A DNA stretch of 64,000 bases from Candidatus Uhrbacteria bacterium (GCA_016188425.1 JACPHX010000020.1:1821-65820), one strand, 5' to 3'. Shown: positions 19,600 through 29,924, counted from the stretch's first letter. Notes: generated from the sequence alone by a model not told the origin. Numbers and translations are program-made.

Positions 19600-19728
19600 G
19601 GGGCGCAAGGGGCGCAGGGGGTCCAAGGGGCGCAAGGGGGAAGGCAAGGAACACGGAGTCGGAAGCCCATGCGCGCTTGCGCGCCTATGTTTTTGCGCCT
19701 CTTGGACCCCCTGCGCCCCTTGCGCCTG
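19600..19728. repeat. ~125-bp MITE-like element with 9-mer (ggggcgcaa) inverted arms, copy 1
   Basis: Related to 30673-30799 and 52512-52628, including the central cgcgcttgcgcgcctatgt core. Confidence 0.85.
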
Positions 19729-19750
19729 CTCGTGTTACCATGTCCCCACT

Positions 19751-20311
19751 ATGTGGCAATTCTCCGTCGATGGAAAACCAGTCCTCTGCCGGGCGCGGGT
19801 CAGTGCGCGGGCGCGGCATGTGCGCGGGATGGTGCATGCGGACGGGCGGGTGGAGCTTGTGCTTCCAAGGCGGTTTCGGTTGAGCGAGGACGATCTACAC
19901 CGCCTCTTCGCGCAGCATCGGCCGTGGTTTGAGCAGGCCATTCGCCGCTTGCGTCGTGTGCCCAGACAGGCACTGACGCATGGGGAAGAAAGCATGCGGG
20001 TGGTCCGTCAGAGAACGGAGACGATGGTACGCGCGTATCTGGCGGAGCTGGCGCACCGCGTCCGTTTTTCGGTGCATGAGATACGGGTGCGTCCGTACAA
20101 AACCAGGTGGGGATGTTGCCGTTTGGGCGGTCGGCTGTCGTTCCATTATAAATTGTGTCTCCTGCCCCGGCGGTTGGCACAGTATGTCGTCATCCATGAG
20201 GTGTGTCATCTGTTCCATCCCAACCATTCTCCGCGGTTTTGGGCGGAGGTGCGAAAACTGTGTCCAGACGCAGAAGAATGCCGCCGGGCGTTGAGGACGT
20301 ACGTGCCGTAA
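19751..20311 (+). CDS. YgjP/DUF45 (M48-like) metallopeptidase
   Basis: KTRWGCC, YVVIHEVCHL, NHSPRFW. Confidence 0.9.
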   Translation: MWQFSVDGKPVLCRARVSARARHVRGMVHADGRVELVLPRRFRLSEDDLHRLFAQHRPWFEQAIRRLRRVPRQALTHGEESMRVVRQRTETMVRAYLAELAHRVRFSVHEIRVRPYKTRWGCCRLGGRLSFHYKLCLLPRRLAQYVVIHEVCHLFHPNHSPRFWAEVRKLCPDAEECRRALRTYVP

Positions 20312-20333
20312 TGTGGTAAACTAGGAATCGATT

Positions 20334-21068
20334 ATGAAACGGAAGGAGGACAAAATACAGGAGACCGTTCTTGGACCCATCTGCCGCATTCCGCTTGCGC
20401 CTGATGAACGCGGCGGAAAACCCGCCCCCGCCCGGATGAACGAAATCACCTGGCGGATTTTTCGTATCATGGCGGAGTTCGTGGAGGGATTCCAGTTCCT
20501 GTCGGAGTTCAGCCGCGAGGTAACCGTTTTCGGTTCGGCGAGGTTTCCGCCAGGCCATCGATGGTATCGCGAAGCGCGCAAGCTGGGCAATCTCCTGGCG
20601 GAAAACGGGTTTACGACCGTGACGGGCGGCGGGCCGGGGATCATGGAGGCGGCAAACCGGGGCGCGTTTGAAAAAGGCGGGGAATCGGTCGGCATCAACA
20701 TTCAGCTTCCGCATGAACAACGGATAAATCCCTACGTCAAAAAAAGCCGGGCATTCTATTATTTTTTCACGCGTAAAGTCATGCTTGCGGCTTCGGCACA
20801 GGCCTATATCTTTTTTCCCGGAGGGTTTGGAACTCTGGATGAGATGTTCGAGATGTTGACCCTGATCCAGACAAAAAAATCGGAAGCAGTCAAGGTGGTG
20901 TTGATAGGATCATCTTTTTGGAACGGTCTTATTGATTGGATGCGCACAAAGCTTGTCGAGGAAGAGCGGACGATCGAGCCGGAAGATTTCGATCTGTTCG
21001 TCGTGGTCGATACGGCGGAAGAGGCGTTGGAGCACATCCGTTATACGGAGGAACGCACGTTTTTTTAA
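20334..21068 (+). CDS. LOG family protein (TIGR00730-like)
   Basis: FGSAR, TGGGPGIMEAANRGA, FFTRK, PGGFGTLDE. Confidence 0.93.
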   Translation: MKRKEDKIQETVLGPICRIPLAPDERGGKPAPARMNEITWRIFRIMAEFVEGFQFLSEFSREVTVFGSARFPPGHRWYREARKLGNLLAENGFTTVTGGGPGIMEAANRGAFEKGGESVGINIQLPHEQRINPYVKKSRAFYYFFTRKVMLAASAQAYIFFPGGFGTLDEMFEMLTLIQTKKSEAVKVVLIGSSFWNGLIDWMRTKLVEEERTIEPEDFDLFVVVDTAEEALEHIRYTEERTFF

Positions 21069-21071
21069 CCT

Positions 21072-22415
21072 ATGCACTCGCACAGCGCAACACAGCGGCG
21101 TGCCTGGGTGGTGGACGTAAACATGGGCTACGGGCATTCACGCCCCGCCCACGCGCTTCGTGACCTCTGCGGTGGAACGGTTTTATCCGCAAACGATTAT
21201 CCGGGAATACCCGATCATGACAAAACGTCGTGGCAACGGAGTCGTCAGCTGTACGAATGGTTCTCGCGCGCCCAGCCGATTCCTTATATTGGCCCCCTGA
21301 TTTTTAAAGCATTGGATCGCTTCCAGCAAATCCCCGCTTTTTATCCAAACCGCGATCTCTCCGCTCCCAACCTGCAAGTGCGGCAAATGTACGCGATGAT
21401 GCGACGAGGGTTCGGGAAACATCTCATTGAAACGCTCCAAAAAGAACCGCTGCCGCTCCTCACTACGTTCTTCCTGCCGGCGTTCATGGCGGAGTATTTC
21501 GATTATCCCGGAGACATCTATTGCCTCACGACCGATGCGGATATCAGCCGGGCCTGGGTGCCGCTGGATCCTGCCCGCAGCCGCATCCGGTATTTTGCCA
21601 GCAATGGCCGCGTCGTCGAACGATTGAAGCTCTACGGGGTGCAAGAGAGCCGCATTTTTCTTACCGGATTTCCGATGCCGAAAGAATTGATCGGCGGGAC
21701 GTCGGCCGAACACCTCAAATCGGTTCTCTCGCGGCGGTTGTGCCAGCTCGATCCCCATGGGTATTTCCACGAGATTTACTTTCGAACCCTCAAAGCGGAA
21801 TTGGGGATCGAACGATGCGCGGTGGTTAAGCAAGATCGTCCGTTGACACTGTTGTATATGGTCGGAGGGGCGGGGGCGCAACGGTCTGTTGGAGTCGAGA
21901 TTCTCTCCTCCTTGAAGGGGCTGCTCAAACGCAAACAGCTTCGGCTGGTTCTGTCGGCGGGATCACGCCACGACATCGCGGATTATTTTGCCTCGGCGGT
22001 ACGCGATCTCGGGCTTCAGAAATTGCTTCCGACCTGGATCGATATCCCTCGCCCTGCATCTCGGCTGGCGTATTTTGAAGAATTTCCCGCCCTGCTCGAG
22101 CAGGCCGATATCCTGTGGACCAAGCCAAGCGAGATGTCCTTTTACACCGGCCTCGGTTTGCCGATCATCCTCACCGATCCGATCGGTTCGCAAGAGGAGT
22201 TCAATCGGACATGGCTCCAGTATGTCGGAGGAGGCACGCCGCAATTCCCCCCGCGGTGGGCGGGCGAATGGCTGATGGACTGGCGGGATTCGGGCGCGCT
22301 GGCCCGCATGGCTTGGAACGGCTATGTCGAAGCGCCAACCCACGGCACGTATCGGATCGAAGATACCATTCTTGGGCGGCCGTGGGATTTGCGGCACTTG
22401 CCCATGATCATCTAG
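21072..22415 (+). CDS. GT-B fold glycosyltransferase-like protein
   Basis: VNMGYGH, VGGAGAQ, DILWTKPSE, PIGSQEEFN. Confidence 0.7.
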   Translation: MHSHSATQRRAWVVDVNMGYGHSRPAHALRDLCGGTVLSANDYPGIPDHDKTSWQRSRQLYEWFSRAQPIPYIGPLIFKALDRFQQIPAFYPNRDLSAPNLQVRQMYAMMRRGFGKHLIETLQKEPLPLLTTFFLPAFMAEYFDYPGDIYCLTTDADISRAWVPLDPARSRIRYFASNGRVVERLKLYGVQESRIFLTGFPMPKELIGGTSAEHLKSVLSRRLCQLDPHGYFHEIYFRTLKAELGIERCAVVKQDRPLTLLYMVGGAGAQRSVGVEILSSLKGLLKRKQLRLVLSAGSRHDIADYFASAVRDLGLQKLLPTWIDIPRPASRLAYFEEFPALLEQADILWTKPSEMSFYTGLGLPIILTDPIGSQEEFNRTWLQYVGGGTPQFPPRWAGEWLMDWRDSGALARMAWNGYVEAPTHGTYRIEDTILGRPWDLRHLPMII

Positions 22416-22428
22416 CCACCGTGAGTAT

Positions 22429-22605
22429 ATGCGTGCATACTGCTCCCACTGCCGAAAATACCAAAAAATTATGGATAGGCAGGAAGTGCGTGTCCCCTTG
22501 TTTGGGGAGCATTCTTCTCCGGCGATAAAAGGGACCTGTCCCACCTGCGGCGGGCCACTTCTAAAGATATTCACGTATGGAGCGCCTACTCAAACAGCTT
22601 CTTGA
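22429..22605 (+). CDS. Small zinc-ribbon protein (DUF5679-like), 58 aa
   Basis: MRAYCSHCRK...PAIKGTCPTCGGPLLKI; two CxxC pairs; below the ORF-track size cutoff. Confidence 0.75.
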   Translation: MRAYCSHCRKYQKIMDRQEVRVPLFGEHSSPAIKGTCPTCGGPLLKIFTYGAPTQTAS

Positions 22606-24154
22606 AGCCGTTCGCCAGCCGGCGATCCCCGTAGCCCCCGAGGGGGTGCCGGTGTTGCGCGTGAGCGATACCGTTTCCAAAGCGGTTCGTACCTACGAAA
22701 TCGTGCGCAACACGTTGGAATACGACGATGAACACCTGCTGCGCCGGAATGCCATCCGTCGCATTTTGAAGCGCCGGCTCGGGGAGGAGCTTCCCTTGAC
22801 GGAGCGCGCTTCTTCTCTTTTGCGTGAGCTTATTTGGGCACAGTATCTTCCCAACGAGCGCATTCCGGAGACCATGGTCGCCACCATCGAGCGGGTGCTC
22901 GCGAAATACGACAAGCTGGTTTTGAAGGTTCAGGGAATGCCACGAACCGGCGAACGGCTTTCCTGGGTCTTGGATCTGTGGTCCTCTGAAATAGAATATA
23001 CGATAGCTCCGCCGCTCGCAGATGAAGCGCTGGCGAGTTTTGCCTATACATCTCTGCGCTCGCGCGTTTCTTGGAACAGCCGGCTCATTCCGGAAGGGGA
23101 CCGTGACTTGCAGTTGTTCGTTGCCATCCACCGAGCGATGCTCAAGAGCAACGTGGCGACGCTGCGCTATCGCGTTCTCACCCTGTATCACCCAACGTGG
23201 GCCGCGGCCGGCCCGGACGACCCCGTGGTGAGCCACGTCCTGGAACGCCTTGAAGAAACCGCGCATCTGATCGAGAGCCAGCTGCGACATCCCGGGGCGG
23301 AATCGTTATTCCGTCTGGTGCGGCGTACGGCATTTTTGTTCCATGTTCTTCGGGATTTTCTTGCGGATGATGCGCTTTCCGCGGAGCGTCTGTTGGAACA
23401 GGGAGACGTGCCCGTCTTGGACGACGCGTTGTCAAAAACAATGAAACGCCGGTATATCCGGTTCCATGTGCGCCTTCGGCGCGCCGTGCTGCGAGCCGTC
23501 CTCTTTTTGTTCATGACAAAATTCGTGTTTGCGCTCCTGATCGAGCTGCCGTACGAGACGTATATCCTCCACACAAAAGACCGGAATCCGTTGCTCGTGA
23601 ACATTTTATTCCACCCGCTCTTTCTTGGGCTCATCGGCATTACGGTGCGTATTCCGGAGAAACGCAATACCCAGGTTGCCCTTTCGCGCCTGCATGCGAT
23701 TCTCGGGTTTGGGAAGGATGAGTTCGTGCTTTCCTATGAGGCGAAGGCGCGGCGGCATCGGCGGGCCACGATCGCTTTTGACGTGTTGTATATCCTCGCG
23801 TTTGGCATCACGATCGCCCTCATTGTCTATGCGCTTTCCCATCTGCACTTTACGATCGTATCGACCGCGCTGTTCCTCTTTTTCTTGAGCTTGGTGACGT
23901 TCTTTGGCCTCAAGATTCGCCACACCAGGCGCGACCTCTTGGTGGTAGAGTCCTCGGGAGGGCTTCTTGGCTCGCTGATCGACGTCCTTTTCCTCCCCAT
24001 CATCCGATTAGGGCGGTGGATCGCCATGCGCGCGCCGCGCGTGAACATCTTCCTTTTTTTCCTGGATATGTTCATTGAAGCGCCGATCAAATCCGCCAGC
24101 GCGTTGTTTGAGGGGTGGCTCTCGTTCCTCAAGGAAAAGAAAGAAGAAATTTAA
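22577..24154 (+). CDS. Hypothetical membrane protein
   Basis: 525 aa; YEIVRNTLEYDDEHLLRRNAIRRIL N-terminus; C-terminal TM helices. Confidence 0.75.
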   Translation: MERLLKQLLEAVRQPAIPVAPEGVPVLRVSDTVSKAVRTYEIVRNTLEYDDEHLLRRNAIRRILKRRLGEELPLTERASSLLRELIWAQYLPNERIPETMVATIERVLAKYDKLVLKVQGMPRTGERLSWVLDLWSSEIEYTIAPPLADEALASFAYTSLRSRVSWNSRLIPEGDRDLQLFVAIHRAMLKSNVATLRYRVLTLYHPTWAAAGPDDPVVSHVLERLEETAHLIESQLRHPGAESLFRLVRRTAFLFHVLRDFLADDALSAERLLEQGDVPVLDDALSKTMKRRYIRFHVRLRRAVLRAVLFLFMTKFVFALLIELPYETYILHTKDRNPLLVNILFHPLFLGLIGITVRIPEKRNTQVALSRLHAILGFGKDEFVLSYEAKARRHRRATIAFDVLYILAFGITIALIVYALSHLHFTIVSTALFLFFLSLVTFFGLKIRHTRRDLLVVESSGGLLGSLIDVLFLPIIRLGRWIAMRAPRVNIFLFFLDMFIEAPIKSASALFEGWLSFLKEKKEEI

Positions 24155-25200
24155 CCGTCCATGTGGGAGGACGCACGCTTCATTTGTGGCCGCACAAATA
24201 CAGACACCATGTCCGCGCCGGGGCGTTGGCGCTGATCGCTTTTGAATTGCTGGGGGCGGGATTGCTTTTGTGGCGCGTCCGTCACCCGGCTCGACCGATC
24301 CGCCTTGGCGCCACGTTCTCTTGGATGTACGCCCGGGAGTTAGGGCTTTCCTATAAGGAAACCTATACGGCGGTTTTGGATGATCTGGGTGTGCAGAAGC
24401 TCCGGCTACCCTTATATTGGTCCGACATCGAATCGACGCGTGATCGCTACGACTGGTCTGTCCCGGATTGGCTCCTGGATGAAGCGGCACGACATGGGGT
24501 CAAGGTGACGTTGGTCGTGGGAGAGAAAGTGCCTCGGTATCCGGAATGTTTTATCCCTCCTTGGGCGGATGCGCTCTCCCAACAAACAAGAGCAACGGAA
24601 TTGCTTTCCTATGTCGGTGCCGCCGCGACTCGGTATGCCCATCATCCAGCGGTTGTCTCTTGGCAAGTGGAGAATGAACGTTCCTTTGCGTTTGGGGTTT
24701 GTCCTTTGCACGACCCAGATCTTTTTTCCAAAGAGATTGCCCTGGTGCGAGAAACTACCGGAAAACCGATTCAATTGACGGTTTCTGGTGAATTGGAATC
24801 GTGGGCTACGGCCGCGCCGGCGGATGTGATTGGCATTTCCTTGTATCGCGAGACCTACAATCAACGCTTCGGTTCCTTCCTTTATCCATGGTCGCCTCGT
24901 TTTTACGCAGCGCGAGCCGCGGCTGCCCGTCGGCCTGACCAGGGATTGGTCATTTCCGAACTGCAAGGCGAACCTTGGTTCGATGCGCCGATCGGCACAC
25001 GTTCACTTGCTGCATGGGCGGCGCTGTTTGGGGCCGCAGACCTGCGCTCGCAGATACGGTTTGCCTCAAGGACCGGGATCATCGAGGCGGATCTGTGGGG
25101 GGTGGAATGGTGGTATCTGTTGAAGACAAGGGGGTATCCGGAGTTGTGGGAGGCGGGGAGGGAGGAGATGCAGAAATCTGCTACACTGTCCCCACTATGA
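24115..25200 (+). CDS. Membrane-anchored glycoside hydrolase (clan GH-A-like TIM barrel)
   Basis: LRLPLYWSDIE, WQVENE (acid/base), ISELQGEPW (nucleophile), LWGVEWW; start position uncertain. Confidence 0.75.
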   Translation: MALVPQGKERRNLTVHVGGRTLHLWPHKYRHHVRAGALALIAFELLGAGLLLWRVRHPARPIRLGATFSWMYARELGLSYKETYTAVLDDLGVQKLRLPLYWSDIESTRDRYDWSVPDWLLDEAARHGVKVTLVVGEKVPRYPECFIPPWADALSQQTRATELLSYVGAAATRYAHHPAVVSWQVENERSFAFGVCPLHDPDLFSKEIALVRETTGKPIQLTVSGELESWATAAPADVIGISLYRETYNQRFGSFLYPWSPRFYAARAAAARRPDQGLVISELQGEPWFDAPIGTRSLAAWAALFGAADLRSQIRFASRTGIIEADLWGVEWWYLLKTRGYPELWEAGREEMQKSATLSPL

Positions 25201-25775
25201 TTTCAAAAGAAGTCGTTCTTGATATTGAAACATCAAATACGTTCCAGGAAATTGGGGCATACGACCATTCGAAACTGATTATTTCCGTGGTTGGCGTCTA
25301 TTTTTATGAGCAAGACGAGTTTAGAGCGTATGAGGTCGAGGAACTAAAGGAGTTGTGGCCCCGACTGGAAAAGGCGAGCCGCATCATTGGGTACAACTCC
25401 AAGGGGTTCGATATGCCGGTCATGAATAATTATTACCCCGGAGATCTGTTGACCATTCCCCAACTTGATCTATTGGAGCAGATCCATAAAACGCTTGGAT
25501 TTCGGATTAAATTGGATGACGTCGCGCATGCCTGCCTTGGGTCGGGCAAAAGCGGCCATGGGCTGCAGGCGGTGGAATGGTGGCGTCAGGGGGAGAAGCA
25601 AAAAGTGAAGGATTATTGCTTGGACGACGTGCGCGTCACCAAGGCGGTATATGAATACGGCCTGAAATACCAGGCGCTTGCCTACGAAGACCATGGCGGG
25701 ACGCGGAAGTCTATTCCTGTGAATTTTGCGAACCACGCGCCGCGGGCGCCTTTGAATATGACGATGCCGTTTTAG
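25197..25775 (+). CDS. RNase H-like (DEDD) domain protein
   Basis: VLDIET, IGYNSKGFD, YCLDDV. Confidence 0.8.
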   Translation: MISKEVVLDIETSNTFQEIGAYDHSKLIISVVGVYFYEQDEFRAYEVEELKELWPRLEKASRIIGYNSKGFDMPVMNNYYPGDLLTIPQLDLLEQIHKTLGFRIKLDDVAHACLGSGKSGHGLQAVEWWRQGEKQKVKDYCLDDVRVTKAVYEYGLKYQALAYEDHGGTRKSIPVNFANHAPRAPLNMTMPF

Positions 25776-25942
25776 GGGGAGGAGGGTAACCAGGGGTGAA
25801 CAGGGGAGAACAAGGGTGAACAAGTGGGGTGGAAGCTGGCATTCATACTGAAAAACAGGGACAATCTTTTGTTGTTAATTGATTAGGTCCCCTTCCATCC
25901 CCCTTGGTCCCTCCTGTTCACTCTTGTTGTCCCTTGGTTCCC
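25776..25942. repeat. Inverted short-period tandem repeat element
   Basis: caggggtgaa/caggggagaa/caagggtgaa arm and pyrimidine-rich complementary arm. Confidence 0.6.
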
Positions 25943-26003
25943 GTCTGTTTTCCTGTGGACAGTTCCCGTTTTCCAGCCCCTGGTGGTGTATAATATCTGT
26001 GAT

Positions 26004-26019
26004 ACACAATATGTAGTGT
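26004..26019 (+). promoter_or_regulatory. NrdR box
   Basis: ACACAATATGTAGTGT matches the NrdR consensus; lies between TATAAT (25989) and the nrdJ start. Confidence 0.8.
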
Positions 26020-26028
26020 TTTTCTCCT

Positions 26029-29000
26029 ATGCCGGAACCACAAACATCCTCCGCTCCCTCCACCACCGCCGCCTCGGTCGCGGATACCGTCTGGGCCTAT
26101 GTGGTTTCGATAAAAACCATGCGCAAACGCGATGGCCGCGAAGAGACGTTTGATGCGCAAAAACTCCGGGCATCCATTGAACGTTCCCTCGTCGATGCCG
26201 GCTTGGAGCCGTCCCGCTGGGCAGACCGGGTCACCAGAACCGTCCTCTCCCGCCTGGGTCGCGCGTTCAACGGGCATACCACTCCTACCTCCGTTGAGGT
26301 GAGGGACGTCGTCGGCCTCGCATTCGTCGACCACAACCTGATCCACGCCGCCAAAAGGTACCTTCAGTTTGCCTCCCACCCCCCCAACCCGACCTCTGGC
26401 GGGGGGGGAGTGCAACCGCGGTATGGCCGCGGCATTACGGTGCCGCGGTATTTTACAAAACCAGGCGTGCATCCATATGAACTCCTTGCCTGGGAACGGC
26501 GTGACGCGAGGATCCAGAACGAGAAAGGCAAGATCATCTTTGAGCAGAAAGGCGTTGAAGTCCCGTCGGGATGGTCGCAGACGGCAACCAACGTCGTCGT
26601 CTCAAAATATTTCCGCGGCAAGGTCGGCGATTCCGACCGTGAGACGTCTGTGCAACAGCTGGTCGACCGGGTCGCCAAGACGGTGGCGGATTGGGGGAGA
26701 GCGGATGGATATTTCCAGAGCGCGGAAGATGCGGATGCGTTTGAGATGGAACTGACGCACATCTTGGTCAACCAGATGGCCGCGTTCAACTCGCCCGTCT
26801 GGTTTAATGTCGGCATCGTGTCAACCCCGCAGTGTTCGGCGTGTTTCATTAATTCCGTTCAAGATGACATGCGTTCCATCCTCAATTTGGCGGTCACGGA
26901 GGGGATGCTGTTTAAAGGCGGGTCTGGGACGGGGTCGAATTTTTCGAACTTACGGTCGAGCCGGGAATATTTGGGAGGAAGCAATGGCCGTGCGTCTGGC
27001 CCCATTTCTTTCATGAAGGGTTTGGACGCGTTTGCGGGCGTTATCAAGAGCGGGGGGAAAACGCGCCGGGCGGCCAAGATGGTCATTTTGAATGTCGATC
27101 ATCCGGATATAAAAGAATTCATCTTCTGCAAGGCGGAGGAGGAAAAGAAGGCCTGGGCGCTGATGGATGCCGGGTACGACGGTTCCATGGACGGCCCGGC
27201 CTATTCCTCAATTTTTTTCCAGAATGCGAATAATTCCGTCCGCGTGACAGACGAGTTCATGCGCGCGGTCGAGCGAGATACGCCATGGATAACACGCGAG
27301 GTCACGACAGGAAAGCCGTCGGAGTCGTATCGAGCCCGCGAGCTCATGCGCGCGATCGCGGAGGCCACCTGGCTGTGCGGCGACCCGGGGATGCAATTCG
27401 ATACCACCGTCAACAATTGGCATACGTGCAAAGCGACGGATCGGATCCATGCAAGCAACCCATGCTCCGAATTCATGTTCCTGGATGATACGGCATGCAA
27501 TCTGGCCTCGCTCAACTTGCTCAAGTTCCGCAAGGCCGTCGCGGCCGGCGACGCATTGGCGCTCGACGTCGAGGCCTTCAAGGCCGCCAATGAAATCGTG
27601 ATCACGGCCATGGAAATCATCGTGGGGAACTCGAGCTATCCGACCCCGTCCATCGAGCAGAATAGTTTGGATTATCGTCCGTTGGGGATAGGGTATGCGA
27701 ATTTGGGCGCGCTCCTCATGAGTCGCGGGCTTGCGTACGATTCGGAGGAAGGACGCCACCTGGCTGCCGCGATCACAGCCCTCCAAAGCGGGCATTGCTA
27801 TGCGCAGAGCGCCAAGATCGCGAAAGTGACCGGGCCGTTCGCCGGCTTTGTCCGCAACCGCGACTCGATGCTGGGTGTCATTCGCATGCACCGCGACGCG
27901 GCCTACCAAATCCATCCCGACGGCGTGCCGCAGGATTTGCTCTCGTGTGCCCGCCTCGCTTGGGACGACGCGCTCGCGCTTGGCGCGGTCCATGGGTTTA
28001 GGAATGCGCAAATTTCCGTCATCGCTCCTACGGGGACGATTTCGTTCCTTATGGACTGCGACACGACCGGGATTGAACCCGATATCGCTTTGGTCAAATA
28101 CAAATGGCTCGTCGGTGGCGGCATGATAAAGATCGTGAACCGTACGGTCCCCGAGGCACTGCAGAAGTTGGGGTATACAACAGACGAACAGAAAGCCATC
28201 CTCGCGCACATTGATGAGCATGACACCATCGAAGGCGCGCCGTCGTTGCGGCCGGAACATCTGCCGGTGTTCGATTGCGCGTTCCGCCCCGCCAAAGGCA
28301 AGCGCTCCATCCATTGGAAAGGCCATGTGCGCATGATGGCGGCTACCCAGCCGTTCGTTTCCGGCGCCATATCAAAGACGGTCAATTTGCCCCATGAGGC
28401 AACCCTCGAAGACATCGAAGAAGCCTACACGGACGCTTGGCGGATGGGCCTCAAGGCGATTGCGATTTACCGCGACGGGTCGAAGCGGCAACAGGCACTC
28501 ACAACATCGAAAGAGAAAGATAGTAAGGCAGCAAATGCTGCTCCAGATACTGTGGCCAAGGGACATGCCACTTGGCCACAGACAGCCACACCACAGCCAA
28601 CACAGAATACATCAGCACCAGTCACTGTTCTCTCTCCTGTAGCTCCTATTCCCGACCGTGCTCGCCTCCGCCGCAAGCGCCTCCCCGACGAACGCCGCTC
28701 CTTGACGCACAAGTTCGCCATTGGAAGCCATGAAGGATATATCACCGTCGGGTTGTATGACGATGGCAAGCCGGGCGAGCTGTTCATCATGATGGCCAAG
28801 GAAGGGTCGGTGATCAGCGGCCTGATGAATAGTTTCGCGACCGCGATTTCGATCGGACTTCAGTACGGCGTGCCGCTGGACGTGCTTGTGAACAAATTCG
28901 TCCATACGCGATTCGAACCATCCGGCTTCACAAACAATTCCAATATCCGCATGGCCAAATCGTTGGTGGATTACATCTTCCGTTGGATGGCGCTCAAGTT

Positions 29001-29331
29001 CCTTTCCCGCGAAGTGCAAGAGAGGGTCGGGCTGAACTTGCCTGCCGCCTCCGAAGGCCTTGTCGACGACCGCGACCATCAGGCGGCGCCGGCCTCCGCA
29101 GGAGGCACGCCCGCCGGAGAGATGGGACCGATGCCCGAGTCCCAGCCGACGCTCTTCACCGCCACGCTTCCTCTCCCTCCCAAAGGAAGAACCGAGGGGG
29201 GGGCTGTATCAATGACCACCTTCGACAATCAAAGCGATGCCCCGGCCTGCGATACGTGCGGATCCATGATGGTGCGGAATGCCGCCTGTTATAAGTGCCT
29301 CAACTGCGGAGCGACGAGCGGGTGCAGCTGA
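26029..29331 (+). CDS. nrdJ: Adenosylcobalamin-dependent (class II) ribonucleotide reductase with ATP-cone and C-terminal TSCPD/Zn-ribbon
   Basis: KRDGREETFD ATP-cone, FNSPVWFN, SACFI, SNPCSE, APTGTIS, CLNCGATSGCS. Confidence 0.95.
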   Translation: MPEPQTSSAPSTTAASVADTVWAYVVSIKTMRKRDGREETFDAQKLRASIERSLVDAGLEPSRWADRVTRTVLSRLGRAFNGHTTPTSVEVRDVVGLAFVDHNLIHAAKRYLQFASHPPNPTSGGGGVQPRYGRGITVPRYFTKPGVHPYELLAWERRDARIQNEKGKIIFEQKGVEVPSGWSQTATNVVVSKYFRGKVGDSDRETSVQQLVDRVAKTVADWGRADGYFQSAEDADAFEMELTHILVNQMAAFNSPVWFNVGIVSTPQCSACFINSVQDDMRSILNLAVTEGMLFKGGSGTGSNFSNLRSSREYLGGSNGRASGPISFMKGLDAFAGVIKSGGKTRRAAKMVILNVDHPDIKEFIFCKAEEEKKAWALMDAGYDGSMDGPAYSSIFFQNANNSVRVTDEFMRAVERDTPWITREVTTGKPSESYRARELMRAIAEATWLCGDPGMQFDTTVNNWHTCKATDRIHASNPCSEFMFLDDTACNLASLNLLKFRKAVAAGDALALDVEAFKAANEIVITAMEIIVGNSSYPTPSIEQNSLDYRPLGIGYANLGALLMSRGLAYDSEEGRHLAAAITALQSGHCYAQSAKIAKVTGPFAGFVRNRDSMLGVIRMHRDAAYQIHPDGVPQDLLSCARLAWDDALALGAVHGFRNAQISVIAPTGTISFLMDCDTTGIEPDIALVKYKWLVGGGMIKIVNRTVPEALQKLGYTTDEQKAILAHIDEHDTIEGAPSLRPEHLPVFDCAFRPAKGKRSIHWKGHVRMMAATQPFVSGAISKTVNLPHEATLEDIEEAYTDAWRMGLKAIAIYRDGSKRQQALTTSKEKDSKAANAAPDTVAKGHATWPQTATPQPTQNTSAPVTVLSPVAPIPDRARLRRKRLPDERRSLTHKFAIGSHEGYITVGLYDDGKPGELFIMMAKEGSVISGLMNSFATAISIGLQYGVPLDVLVNKFVHTRFEPSGFTNNSNIRMAKSLVDYIFRWMALKFLSREVQERVGLNLPAASEGLVDDRDHQAAPASAGGTPAGEMGPMPESQPTLFTATLPLPPKGRTEGGAVSMTTFDNQSDAPACDTCGSMMVRNAACYKCLNCGATSGCS

Positions 29332-29333
29332 TT

Positions 29334-29924
29334 ATGTCCCTCTACACCAAAACCGGCGACCAGGGAGAGACGGGTCTCTACGGCGGGCGTCGCGTGCGCA
29401 AGGATCATGCCCGCGTCTGCGCGTACGGGACGGTCGACGAAGCTGGGAGCGCGATCGGCCTCGCGGCCGCGAGCCCGGGCGTTTCGTCTGCGACGCGCGA
29501 GACCCTGCTCGATATCTTGAGCGATCTGTTCGACCTCGGGGCCGAGCTCGCCGCGCCGTCGGATCACTCGCACGCGGTCGAGTCTTTGTCCGCGCGGCTG
29601 GATTCGCGCGTGAGCGTGGAGCGCGTGGCCGAATTCGAAGCGATCATTGATTATTGGGAAGCGCGACTTCCTCCGCTTACCTCATTCGTATTACCAACCG
29701 GAAGCGAAACGGCCGCTCGTCTCCAGGCGGCGCGCAGTGCCGTCCGCCGCGCCGAACGGGAAGCGGTTTCGCTTGCAGACCAGGGCGAGATGGTGCGCGA
29801 GCAAGTTATTCACTACCTGAACCGCTTGTCCGATCTCCTCTTCATTCTCGCCCGCGCGAGCAATCATGAATCCGGGTACGGGGATTTGGTTTGGAAGGGG
29901 AAGAAAATGGGAAAAACACCTTGA
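29334..29924 (+). CDS. ATP:cob(I)alamin adenosyltransferase, PduO type
   Basis: LYTKTGDQGET, AYGTVDE, RRAERE, YLNRLSDLLFILAR. Confidence 0.93.
   Translation: MSLYTKTGDQGETGLYGGRRVRKDHARVCAYGTVDEAGSAIGLAAASPGVSSATRETLLDILSDLFDLGAELAAPSDHSHAVESLSARLDSRVSVERVAEFEAIIDYWEARLPPLTSFVLPTGSETAARLQAARSAVRRAEREAVSLADQGEMVREQVIHYLNRLSDLLFILARASNHESGYGDLVWKGKKMGKTP

Noticed and set aside
19221-19883. 220-aa + strand ORF
   Set aside because: It crosses a terminator and a repeat element, overlaps the YgjP gene out of frame and has no recognisable motifs.
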